Part shown: positions 9,388-18,294 of the stretch, piece after piece
Layout: each line of letters starts with the position of its first letter
How positions within the stretch are numbered: the first letter of the stretch is position 1
Source of the DNA: Verrucomicrobiota bacterium
GTDB taxonomy: Bacteria; Verrucomicrobiota; Verrucomicrobiia; Opitutales; Cerasicoccaceae
Assembly (NCBI GenBank): GCA_039818205.1
Contig: JBCBUK010000007.1
Span: 64,001-128,000 of the forward strand
Reading direction: 5' to 3'
DNA: 64,000 nt
Program-made: the position numbers and the translations under genes
The notes under the pieces: generated by a model
Database searches by the model: none
What the model was told of the DNA's origin: nothing
The model's input: the letters and a program-made list of their open reading frames with translations, nothing else

Positions 9388-11405
9388 TGATATTTGACCT
9401 CTACCCAATTTGGGATTTTCTGCCAATCCTCAGCTGACAATTGGCCATCTCGAACAATCAAGGTCTCGAGATGGTGCATGGATTCGATTCCGCTAAGGTT
9501 GCACTTCGGTGTCTCTGAAATATCGAGAACCGAAAAATCAAGATTGGCCAGTTTCTTCAGAGAGAACCAAGAATCGGGAACAATTACCTTCACCGAACGT
9601 AGCGGCAATAAACTGAGAAATGGTGACTCCTTGCCTCCGGGAGCGCGGGCGTGCATCACGCTCAATCCCGTTCCGCCGATCACTAGATGTTGGCTGACGG
9701 GATCGTAATTGAAGATACCAGATAACCATTCCTGATTATAGTGTTCAAGCAGTGCCTGAACAACTGGCCCATAGCCTGATTTGTCCTCGCGATGGGCCGC
9801 GTCGAAATAGACCATTTTGGAGAACAAGCCCAGGAAGTTGCTATCCATCAATTTGGCATGTTGAGCACAGGCGATTACTTCATCCAGGCTCGGGCGTACA
9901 GTCTGATTAAATCGGTAATCTTTAAAGCGACTGGCAAGTTCAATAAACTGCGGGTTTACCTCCAAGCCCTGTTGCAGCGCAGTTTCATTGGCGATCTTAA
10001 AGTTCATGCGAATCATTTCGAAATAGAATCGCTGCCGCCAGTACTCCTCCGCATCTGGAAATAGTGTGACATGCTGATCATAGGCTTCCAACAGCGTTCC
10101 CATGACCCAACCGGGGTCGGTGTAAAACATACGATCTCGCACCCTCGCGTAAGTTGCCAAGGTGCCATCAGATAGCTGAGTCAGTGAATCAATCTCGTCC
10201 TGCGCCGTTTCCTTGTAGGTGTCCAGTAGCTGATACTGCGTCTCCGCGCGGCGCTTCTGCTCTTCGACTGCACGAGATAAGGTGTGGCTCGTGAAGGCGA
10301 CAATGGTCGCTGCCATAAACAAGACGCAACACAGCAGTACGTTGCGCTGGACCAAGAGAACCAATCGCTCCCAGAGAAACGGGCTGTCCGCATAGGTTGG
10401 AATGTGGCCCTTGTATCGTTGGATATCCTCCTGCAGACTCTTTACTGATGAATAGCGCTTCTCGGGGTCCGGTGACATTGCTCGCTTGACGATGGCCTTC
10501 AAACCTTTGGTCAAACCAGAGTCTGAATGTTTGATCCGACCGACCTCGATCACCACTCCCTTACGGGTTTTCTCAATCATTTTCTCGATGGACAATCCCT
10601 CCATCGGTGCCGATCGCGTCAAGATACTATAGAGGATGGCTCCAAGGGCGTAGACATCGGTTCGGGCGTCCTTCTCCCCACCTGAGACCACTTGTTCTGG
10701 GGCCATATAGCCTGGTGTTCCTTTAATCTCCCCCAGCAGCGACTTACCGGTGTATCCTTCGAGGTCAATCTCGACTTCGTCAGCCAACTCATGAAAGAGC
10801 TTCGACTCATTCACAACTTTCGCCAAACCCCAATCGCAAACGATCACCTCACCGAAATCATTTACATAGATATTGGCGGGTTTGAGATCGAGGTGAATGA
10901 CGCCTTCACCATGGGCATACGCCACCGCATCACAGATCTTCAGAAAGATATCAAGGTAGTCATTTAACTTAAGTTCATCTCCCTTTGGATTCTCTTTAAA
11001 TACGCGGTCCTCGACCAATTCCTCTAGCGTCGAGCCTCGCATGAGGTCCATGGAAAAAAATGGCCGTCCACCTGGTTCCACGCCAATGTCGTGGATATTA
11101 ATAATATTGGGGTGACTCAATGAAGCGGTCAGCTGCGCCTCCAACAGAAACGGCTCATAGAACACTTTATCCAATCGCTCGTGCAGCCGCCCGATTGCAA
11201 CCTGGCGTTTGGTCTTCGTATCAAAGGCGCGGAAAATCTGTTTCGACCCACCCTCAGCAATAAAAGCCGGGTCTAGATACCGGTCACCCTCGTTAAGCAA
11301 ATCGGCATACGCCGGCGAGAGGTCTTCGGCATTCGGGTCTCCATCGGATGCCAAATCATAGAGAAAACCGAGATCTCGATCCAGGTTATACTCATCCTCA
11401 GTCAT
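9384..11405 (-). CDS. Membrane Ser/Thr protein kinase with WNK-like lysine placement
   Basis: HLDLKPAN, DWGLAK, GTPGYMAPEQ, DVYALG; one TM then a C-terminal domain; beta3 reads VAIG, with Lys in GGSK. Confidence 0.92.
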   Translation of the reverse strand: MTEDEYNLDRDLGFLYDLASDGDPNAEDLSPAYADLLNEGDRYLDPAFIAEGGSKQIFRAFDTKTKRQVAIGRLHERLDKVFYEPFLLEAQLTASLSHPNIINIHDIGVEPGGRPFFSMDLMRGSTLEELVEDRVFKENPKGDELKLNDYLDIFLKICDAVAYAHGEGVIHLDLKPANIYVNDFGEVIVCDWGLAKVVNESKLFHELADEVEIDLEGYTGKSLLGEIKGTPGYMAPEQVVSGGEKDARTDVYALGAILYSILTRSAPMEGLSIEKMIEKTRKGVVIEVGRIKHSDSGLTKGLKAIVKRAMSPDPEKRYSSVKSLQEDIQRYKGHIPTYADSPFLWERLVLLVQRNVLLCCVLFMAATIVAFTSHTLSRAVEEQKRRAETQYQLLDTYKETAQDEIDSLTQLSDGTLATYARVRDRMFYTDPGWVMGTLLEAYDQHVTLFPDAEEYWRQRFYFEMIRMNFKIANETALQQGLEVNPQFIELASRFKDYRFNQTVRPSLDEVIACAQHAKLMDSNFLGLFSKMVYFDAAHREDKSGYGPVVQALLEHYNQEWLSGIFNYDPVSQHLVIGGTGLSVMHARAPGGKESPFLSLLPLRSVKVIVPDSWFSLKKLANLDFSVLDISETPKCNLSGIESMHHLETLIVRDGQLSAEDWQKIPNWVEVKYQ

Positions 11406-11986
11406 TCCAAATTTGTTTTCAGATTCTGAACCTCCTTCAACAAGCGGCTCTTCACACGACGCTTCAACGTATAGACAGTATTGACCGTAACTCCAAGCTC
11501 TTCAGCAATGGCCTCAACCTTCATCCCCTTAATGCTCATTTTGAATACTTGAATCGCATTGCCGCGATAAACCTTCTCGACGTTCGTCATCGCAAGGTTC
11601 GAAAGGTAAATCCCCCACTCCTTATTGACCATTTCTTCAAACTCATCGGTCGCCAAATCGGCTGCCGTTGCTTCAAGGTGATCTTTCTCCGTAGTTGTGA
11701 CTAGTTTATCTCGGCGAATTCGCTTTGCCAGATAGCGACCAGCCTGGTGCCGCACAATCGCACTCAACCAGGTTCGAAACTTCGCCTTCTCTTTTTTATA
11801 GGTCGGCAGGCTTTTCCAAAGCTCGATCAGAATATCCTGTGATAAGTCATCGATATCATCGGGGCGCACGCCAATGCGGTTTAGCAGGTAAAAAATAAAC
11901 CGCCGGTAGTAAAACACGAACTCATCCCAGGCTTCATTGTTTCCGGGCTGGCATGCGCGTTCCAAGAGTGTGTGCCTGGTTTCCAT
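11402..11986 (-). CDS. ECF RNA polymerase sigma-70 factor (PVC, kinase-associated type)
   Basis: TRHTLLERA, AWDEF...Y, KFRTWL, IAEELGVTVNTVY; ATGA overlap with the kinase. Confidence 0.92.
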   Translation of the reverse strand: METRHTLLERACQPGNNEAWDEFVFYYRRFIFYLLNRIGVRPDDIDDLSQDILIELWKSLPTYKKEKAKFRTWLSAIVRHQAGRYLAKRIRRDKLVTTTEKDHLEATAADLATDEFEEMVNKEWGIYLSNLAMTNVEKVYRGNAIQVFKMSIKGMKVEAIAEELGVTVNTVYTLKRRVKSRLLKEVQNLKTNLE

Positions 11987-12368
11987 CTAAGGTCTTGAGT
12001 GGATGCGTTCACGTTCCAGTTCCGAAACACGGTCTGCAACGGTTAGAAATCTAAGGTTAGGAACGTTTTTGACGATCGGATTGTCACTGTAAATATCGGA
12101 ATAGAAGAGCCCATCGTTAAGAATTCTTACTGAGCAACGTATCAATTGTCGAGTCGGTTTGAGGGAACAACCGAGCCCAGAATTGCAGGAAACACTTCAA
12201 TATTCGATAAAGTATCTGATCGAGTGTACAAAACGTCAACAGGTCAAACAATGTATTGATAGCCATGTTTCGCTTAGCGCGGTAACGCAAGGCTAACCGT
12301 TTCATTTCAATACACTTCCGGCGACCAAAATTTCGCTGTAACAAACCTCAATATACATTCAATCACCC

Positions 12369-13013
12369 ATGACAGAATATCTTCGAAAAGCCAAGCCGGC
12401 AAGCGCCCTCTTAGCCGGGATGCTGCTCTGCCCGCTGGCAAATGCTGAACTAATCACCTTTGACTGGGCCGCTGGCTTCCAGAGCAACGTACCGACCACA
12501 ACGTTCTTTGATGTGGATGGTTCTGGCATTGACGTTGAGGTGTCCTTTTCAACGTTCACCCAGGGCAATGGAGCTAACAACCCAGCCAGCAACGGTGGCG
12601 TCGATGGAACCGCTGGCGGATTCCTGGATACCACCGCCGCCACCGGAAGCATCAATTTCGACTCTGATGTTCTGATCTCCCAGTTCTACTGGCGCCCAGC
12701 AAGTGCAGCTGATGCCGCGCCAGTAACCCTTGTTGGTTCGCTCTTGGGAATCGAGCAATGGAGCATCAGCACCATTGTCCCTATTACCGGCGATGCCGAA
12801 CTGATCAATTCAGATCTCCAACTCACAACCGGAAGCTTCGCGAGCGCAATTGACTCAATCAGCTTCAGTCAATCGGTTCTGACGAATTCCAACCGTTTGG
12901 ATGATATCACTTTCACCGTCGCAACGATACCGGAACCAAGCACGTTTGCTCTGATCGGAAGCCTGCTTGCCTTCGGTGCGGTCGTTGTCCGTCGAAGAAA
13001 GAACAATAGCTAA
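12369..13013 (+). CDS. PEP-CTERM protein
   Basis: Signal peptide; TIPEPSTFALIG...VRRRK. Confidence 0.9.
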   Translation: MTEYLRKAKPASALLAGMLLCPLANAELITFDWAAGFQSNVPTTTFFDVDGSGIDVEVSFSTFTQGNGANNPASNGGVDGTAGGFLDTTAATGSINFDSDVLISQFYWRPASAADAAPVTLVGSLLGIEQWSISTIVPITGDAELINSDLQLTTGSFASAIDSISFSQSVLTNSNRLDDITFTVATIPEPSTFALIGSLLAFGAVVVRRRKNNS

Positions 13014-13041
13014 ATATTACAGTAGGAATATTTAGGGGGTA

Positions 13042-13076
13042 GTCAGGCCAAGGTGAGGACCTTGGCCTGACATTTT
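13042..13076 (+). terminator. Rho-independent terminator
   Basis: GTCAGGCCAAGGT-GAGG-ACCTTGGCCTGAC followed by ATTTT. Confidence 0.7.
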
Positions 13077-13167
13077 CTCTAAGGTTCCACTGGCTCAAAG
13101 ATAATCCAACGACTGAAAGAGTTCCATTTCGCGCTTTTAATGGCGCCTCGTTGTCATAAGCTGAAGT

Positions 13168-14661
13168 ATGCTTCGATTAATCCCCAACCTCCTTATCGCA
13201 TTAGGAATTACCGTTAGCCTGCCAGGCAACGCCCAAGCACAATCCAAGGACCAACGACCAAACGTCCTGATTATCATGGCCGACGACCTCGGCTACGCCG
13301 ATGTCGGATTCAATGGATCGACCGCTGTGGAAACACCGGTTCTGGACAGTCTCGCCCAGCAAGGTGTGATCTGTGAGAACGGCTACGTCACGCATCCCTA
13401 TTGTGGCCCTTCCCGGGCAGGCTTCATTACCGGCCGTTATCAGGCCCGGTTTGGGATGGAGATCAACGTCACCTACTCCCCCTACGATCAATACTCGGGA
13501 TTACCACTGGACCAGAAAACATTTGGCGACCGCCTCCAGGCGCTTGGTTACCACACCGGCGTCATTGGCAAATGGCACCTCGGTGCGTCACCACCATTTC
13601 ACCCCAACAATCGGGGATTTGATTATTTTTATGGATTCCTGTCCGGAGGCCATTGCTACTTCCCAAGCGGGGTTACTACCAACCATCCCTTGACCCTACC
13701 CAACGGTCAGCCCCACTACAGTGCCAATGAAGGCGGATTCCTTCCCCTCATTCGCAACAACCAAGCCGCCGAGTTCAACGAGTATCTCACATATGCCCTC
13801 AGCCGAGATGCCGCAAAATTCGTCAAAGAATCCGAGAAACCATTTTGTTTATTCCTCGCCTACAACGCGCCACACGGCCCACTAGAAGCGCCGCGGGATT
13901 TGATGGCGAAGTATTCCCACGTCAAGCCATGGCAGCGACAAGCCTACCTTGCGATGATCGACGCGATGGATCAAGGCATTGGCATGGTCGTCGACGCACT
14001 CAAGGAATCCGACAAATTCGACAATACGCTTATTTTCTTTCTTTCAGATAATGGCGGCGTGCAATCCAAGCCAGGCTACGAGAACGAAACCTGGGCGGAC
14101 AATGGACCACTCCGTAATGGCAAAGGCAGCATGCGCGAAGGCGGAAGTCATGTTCCATTTATAGCCCACTGGCCCGATGGAATTCCTAGCGGTGAGCGCT
14201 ACTCCTATCCAGTGTCTTCACTCGACATTACGGCAACCGCCGTCGCACTCGCTGGCAGCAAGGTACAAGATCCTGAGCTGGATGGCGTCAATTTGATCCC
14301 CTACTTCAATGGGAAGAAAACCGGCCCGCCTCACAACGCGATTTTCTGGCGAATCCGGGATGGATCTGCCTGGTGCGTTCGCACGCCGGATGCAAAGTAT
14401 TTGTTTGAGAACCGAGGCGCACCGGGCCCAGAACTCTACGACATGGTCAACGACCCTTTTGAGTCCACCAATCTAATTGAAAAGCGCCCGGAACAACGCC
14501 AACAACTGGCTGCGCTCTGGAATGATTGGAATGCCGACAATCACGCAAATGTTTTACTTCAATCTGGAGAGTATCAAAAGCGACGCCTTCGGATGTATAA
14601 AGAATTGTTTGAAGATCTCGAAGCCAAGGCTGACAAGCGAAAGCCAACCGTGATCGAGTAG
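13168..14661 (+). CDS. Cys-type S1 sulfatase, secreted
   Basis: Signal peptide; ADDLGY, CGPSRAG (formylglycine motif), GKWHLG, SDNGG. Confidence 0.95.
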   Translation: MLRLIPNLLIALGITVSLPGNAQAQSKDQRPNVLIIMADDLGYADVGFNGSTAVETPVLDSLAQQGVICENGYVTHPYCGPSRAGFITGRYQARFGMEINVTYSPYDQYSGLPLDQKTFGDRLQALGYHTGVIGKWHLGASPPFHPNNRGFDYFYGFLSGGHCYFPSGVTTNHPLTLPNGQPHYSANEGGFLPLIRNNQAAEFNEYLTYALSRDAAKFVKESEKPFCLFLAYNAPHGPLEAPRDLMAKYSHVKPWQRQAYLAMIDAMDQGIGMVVDALKESDKFDNTLIFFLSDNGGVQSKPGYENETWADNGPLRNGKGSMREGGSHVPFIAHWPDGIPSGERYSYPVSSLDITATAVALAGSKVQDPELDGVNLIPYFNGKKTGPPHNAIFWRIRDGSAWCVRTPDAKYLFENRGAPGPELYDMVNDPFESTNLIEKRPEQRQQLAALWNDWNADNHANVLLQSGEYQKRRLRMYKELFEDLEAKADKRKPTVIE

Positions 14662-14746
14662 CCCGTTTCAACCGCCATCTACTTTAGGAAAGCATCCCGT
14701 TAAAGATGCCGAAAATGTTTACCTTAACCCTAAACATCTCTCAATA

Positions 14747-17700
14747 ATGTTACATTGTATCCGGTTTTTCTCTTGGTTAGCTGTCTGCTGGGTGACGCAA
14801 GCGGCGTCCGCACAGAACATCGTCGTTAGCTCAACCAAACCAACCGGGGACTACGCTATTGATGAGCTAGGACTCGAGGGAGACCCAAAGTCGACGCCCA
14901 TCCGACGCATCGATGATGTTGGCAATGCCCGTGTCTTGGGGCACACGATCAAGGAATCCACGGGGTTTGATCTTGAAAGTTTTATCCTGGTTAGTGCTTC
15001 GAATATCAGTTTCGGAACGACTACTGATATTCGACTGGCGATTCTCGAGGATACCAATAACAGCGATCGTGGCGACACGGTTGTTTACAATGAACTCTTC
15101 GATCTGAATGGCCTGTCTTTTTCTGATGGTGACTACGTCGAATTTCTCCTCGGTAGTGACTTAGCGATCAAAGCCAACACGACTTATGAGATTCAATTCG
15201 CCTACTCTGATCCCGGCTCGACGCATACTAATTTTCTTTTCCGCCGTTCAGAAAATGGCCTCAACAACTATCCTACAGGGACACTTTTGGACGAAAACTC
15301 TTTCCACTTCAACAATCGTGGATTTCCAGTAACCGACGGTTCTCTCGCGTTAAGCGGGCTGGATCGCGATCTATTTTTCGGCCTGACTAAGCCCTCAGCG
15401 GACCCGGACCCCGACCCAGATCCAACTCCGATTCCAACCGACCGCCCCAATATCATCCTTATCTTTACCGATGACCTCGGCTGGGGAGACATCTCACTTC
15501 ACGGCAATACATCCATTAGCACACCTCAAATTGATCGACTCGCTACGGAGGGCGTTCGTTTTACTAACGGATACGTAACTCATGCCTACTGCGGCCCTTC
15601 GCGTGCGGGCATAATGGCCGGTCGCTATCAGCAACGCTTCGGTTTTGAGGCTAACCCGGCCAAGACCGATGACGACATGCTGCTGGGCATCGCCCCCTCG
15701 GAAATCCTTATGCCTCAAGCGCTGCAAAGCGCTGGATATCGGACCGCCTGCATCGGCAAATGGCACCTGGGAGCAACCCCGATTCACCACCCACTCAATC
15801 GCGGCTTCGATGAGTTCTACGGCTTTCTCGATGGTGACGCCAACTACTGGGATGTCGAACAAGGTGGCCGAATCCATAACATATCGCGCGAATACGACTG
15901 GGTTAACGATGTGGGCTACCTCACCGATAATTTCACAGATGCGACGCTCGACTTCATCGATCGGAATCGCCACGACCGCTTCTTCGTCTACCTGTCGCTA
16001 AACGCAGTTCACGGCCCCTTCCAAGCCACGTCTTACTACCAAAGCCTCGTAAACGATCCGAACTTGGATAATTTGCGAAAAGTTCAACTGGCTATGGTGC
16101 TGTCCGTCGAAGAGACCGTAAAGCGCATCCGCCAGAAACTGGCAGACCTCAACCTAACCGAAGATACGCTGATCGTCTTTACGAACGACAACGGGGGCCA
16201 CACCGGAGACAATGGCATGAATTTGCCCCTACGCGGGCACAAGGGCACCCATTTCGAAGGCGGGCTTCGTGTTCCGTTTTTCATGATCTGGCCTGGAAAG
16301 ATACCAGCTGGGACGGTCGTCGACGATCCAGTCATCACTCTTGATTTATATGCCACGTTTGCCAACGCCGCTGGTGTTCAGCCAGAAGACCGTAACCCCA
16401 ACTTAGATGGTGTCGATCTCCTGCCCTATATTCTCGGCCACGAAACCGGCCCGCCCCACGATGCACTCTACTGGCGCGACGGCACTGGTTGGCAATTTAC
16501 GGTCCGACAAGGCAACTATAAATTAAAGGGCGGCGCCGATTCAAATCGCTTTCCACCTTCGATATTTGATGTGGTCAACGATCCCTACGAAACGACTAAC
16601 CTCTACAACTCTCGCCCGGATCTTGCCGCAAGCCTTCGAAGCACCTACAATCAGTGGAACGCGACCTTACCCAGACAAGACTTCGGAAACAATCAAACGT
16701 TCCCCAACCCGATCAGCGGTGGAATCAACTCGCCGGCAACTGCCACGGCCAATGCATCTGGCAACCCGGCCACGATATCGTTCACGACAAACTATGTTGA
16801 TTCCAGTGGCGGCAGTCTCAACTATATTTGGCAAGTCGAGGGAGAGGGAAAAAGCTTCATCCACACACCAACCGGAGCAAGTTCAGTCATCGAATTCAAC
16901 AACTCGGGAAGCTATGAAGTCCGAGTTACGGTGAACAATGGTCGTTTCCTTAAAGAGGATCTAGTAACCGTGAATGTATCCGGTGCGCCATCGGTTCCAG
17001 TTTCCGATATTCCGACCCTCGGACAGACAGTCTGGATCGAATCGATTGCCTCCGGGAAACGGCTGCTCGTCAACAACGACGGTGGCGAGCAGGTTCTTGC
17101 CGACGCCGATCCAATTTATGGCTCCGATCTCAAGCCAGGGATTGGCAGTCAATGGGGCGTTCTCCGAGCGCCAAATGGATATCTATCACTCGTCTCCATT
17201 AAAACCGGGAAACTCATGAAAGTCGGGCCAGCACCCGACTTCGTAATCGCCGCAACCGAAGAACCCAGCGAAACACCGACTGATAGCGCGCAGTTTCAAT
17301 TCCAATCCGAACCAAATAGCCGCTTCTCAATCGTGCCCAAAGTTGCGCCAAGCAGTCGCGTTTCGGTCGACACGGGAGTTGCGCGCAACCCGGCTAGCGC
17401 AACCGGTACCGCCGGCAACTCGAACACGCAATTTACTTTTGGCGCCCTCAAACATGATGTCCCCTACACCATCGAAGTCTCCTCACTCGAAGGACAATCG
17501 TCGGCAACCGCCGTTCAAGAAGGCTGGTTCACTGTCTTTCTGCAACCCTCACTAACACCCGAGATCAATGTCGTCTGGGTGGAAGAACGCTTCCCCGCCG
17601 ATTGGACGGTAGAAGTTCGCAGCATGAGCCACGGCGGAACTTTTGATGCCCAAAACAAAGTCATCAGCTGGGGGCCATTTTTCGGAACATTCCCCAACCT

Positions 17701-18193
17701 CTCGTATGAGCTACGGCTAGACTCCAGCAATGTCGGTGGCTTCAACTTCAGTGGAGACCTTGCCGTTAATTCAATGGCATATCCATCGACTGGAACACGT
17801 CACTTGGCCCCAAAGCAAACGGAGTCACTCACCGATTGGCTATCACGGATCGCGCCAGGGAGCCTTGCCTCCGACCTCCTGCCTAATTCAACCATCACCT
17901 ACGAGATGGCCTATGCCCTGGGCATCGAAGACCCATCAGAGTTTGCTGCCAAAGCGCCTGACATATTCAACCTTCAATCGGACAACGCAATGCCTGAGCT
18001 CGTATTCAAATTTACCCGCTCAAAAACAGATGCTTCCAACTTTGCTCTCGAGCACTCCTCGAATCTTTCGACCTGGGATCCTGTGCCGTTTAGCGAAATC
18101 GACCTGGTGGCTGAGGACGCAATCTCTTGGTGCTACCAGACCACGATCGACCCTGCCCAAGGTCCAAGCTTCTATCGAATCTTTGTCGACTAA
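14747..18193 (+). CDS. Multimodular secreted S1 sulfatase (N-terminal unknown domain, DP linker, sulfatase, PKD/Ig-like, beta-trefoil-like, C-terminal sorting-like domain)
   Basis: TDDLGW, CGPSRAG, GKWHLG, NDNGG; DPDPDPDPTP linker; tail LEHSSNLSTW...FYRI. Confidence 0.9.
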   Translation: MLHCIRFFSWLAVCWVTQAASAQNIVVSSTKPTGDYAIDELGLEGDPKSTPIRRIDDVGNARVLGHTIKESTGFDLESFILVSASNISFGTTTDIRLAILEDTNNSDRGDTVVYNELFDLNGLSFSDGDYVEFLLGSDLAIKANTTYEIQFAYSDPGSTHTNFLFRRSENGLNNYPTGTLLDENSFHFNNRGFPVTDGSLALSGLDRDLFFGLTKPSADPDPDPDPTPIPTDRPNIILIFTDDLGWGDISLHGNTSISTPQIDRLATEGVRFTNGYVTHAYCGPSRAGIMAGRYQQRFGFEANPAKTDDDMLLGIAPSEILMPQALQSAGYRTACIGKWHLGATPIHHPLNRGFDEFYGFLDGDANYWDVEQGGRIHNISREYDWVNDVGYLTDNFTDATLDFIDRNRHDRFFVYLSLNAVHGPFQATSYYQSLVNDPNLDNLRKVQLAMVLSVEETVKRIRQKLADLNLTEDTLIVFTNDNGGHTGDNGMNLPLRGHKGTHFEGGLRVPFFMIWPGKIPAGTVVDDPVITLDLYATFANAAGVQPEDRNPNLDGVDLLPYILGHETGPPHDALYWRDGTGWQFTVRQGNYKLKGGADSNRFPPSIFDVVNDPYETTNLYNSRPDLAASLRSTYNQWNATLPRQDFGNNQTFPNPISGGINSPATATANASGNPATISFTTNYVDSSGGSLNYIWQVEGEGKSFIHTPTGASSVIEFNNSGSYEVRVTVNNGRFLKEDLVTVNVSGAPSVPVSDIPTLGQTVWIESIASGKRLLVNNDGGEQVLADADPIYGSDLKPGIGSQWGVLRAPNGYLSLVSIKTGKLMKVGPAPDFVIAATEEPSETPTDSAQFQFQSEPNSRFSIVPKVAPSSRVSVDTGVARNPASATGTAGNSNTQFTFGALKHDVPYTIEVSSLEGQSSATAVQEGWFTVFLQPSLTPEINVVWVEERFPADWTVEVRSMSHGGTFDAQNKVISWGPFFGTFPNLSYELRLDSSNVGGFNFSGDLAVNSMAYPSTGTRHLAPKQTESLTDWLSRIAPGSLASDLLPNSTITYEMAYALGIEDPSEFAAKAPDIFNLQSDNAMPELVFKFTRSKTDASNFALEHSSNLSTWDPVPFSEIDLVAEDAISWCYQTTIDPAQGPSFYRIFVD

Positions 18194-18294
18194 GCGCCAG
18201 GATAAGCAGCAAAGGAATCGACTGCGGGCGACATCACCGGTCGACCCGCAAGCCATTCGACGGATTGATTCGAGCTTGAACGATAGACTAACTA

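Noticed and set aside
9384..11405. Calling the kinase a pseudokinase because VAIK is missing
   Set aside because: Catalytic loop, DWG and APE are intact and a Lys occupies the WNK position
15401..15440. GACCCN short tandem repeat
   Set aside because: Encodes the DPDPDPDPTP linker with varied third positions; not a phase-variable tract
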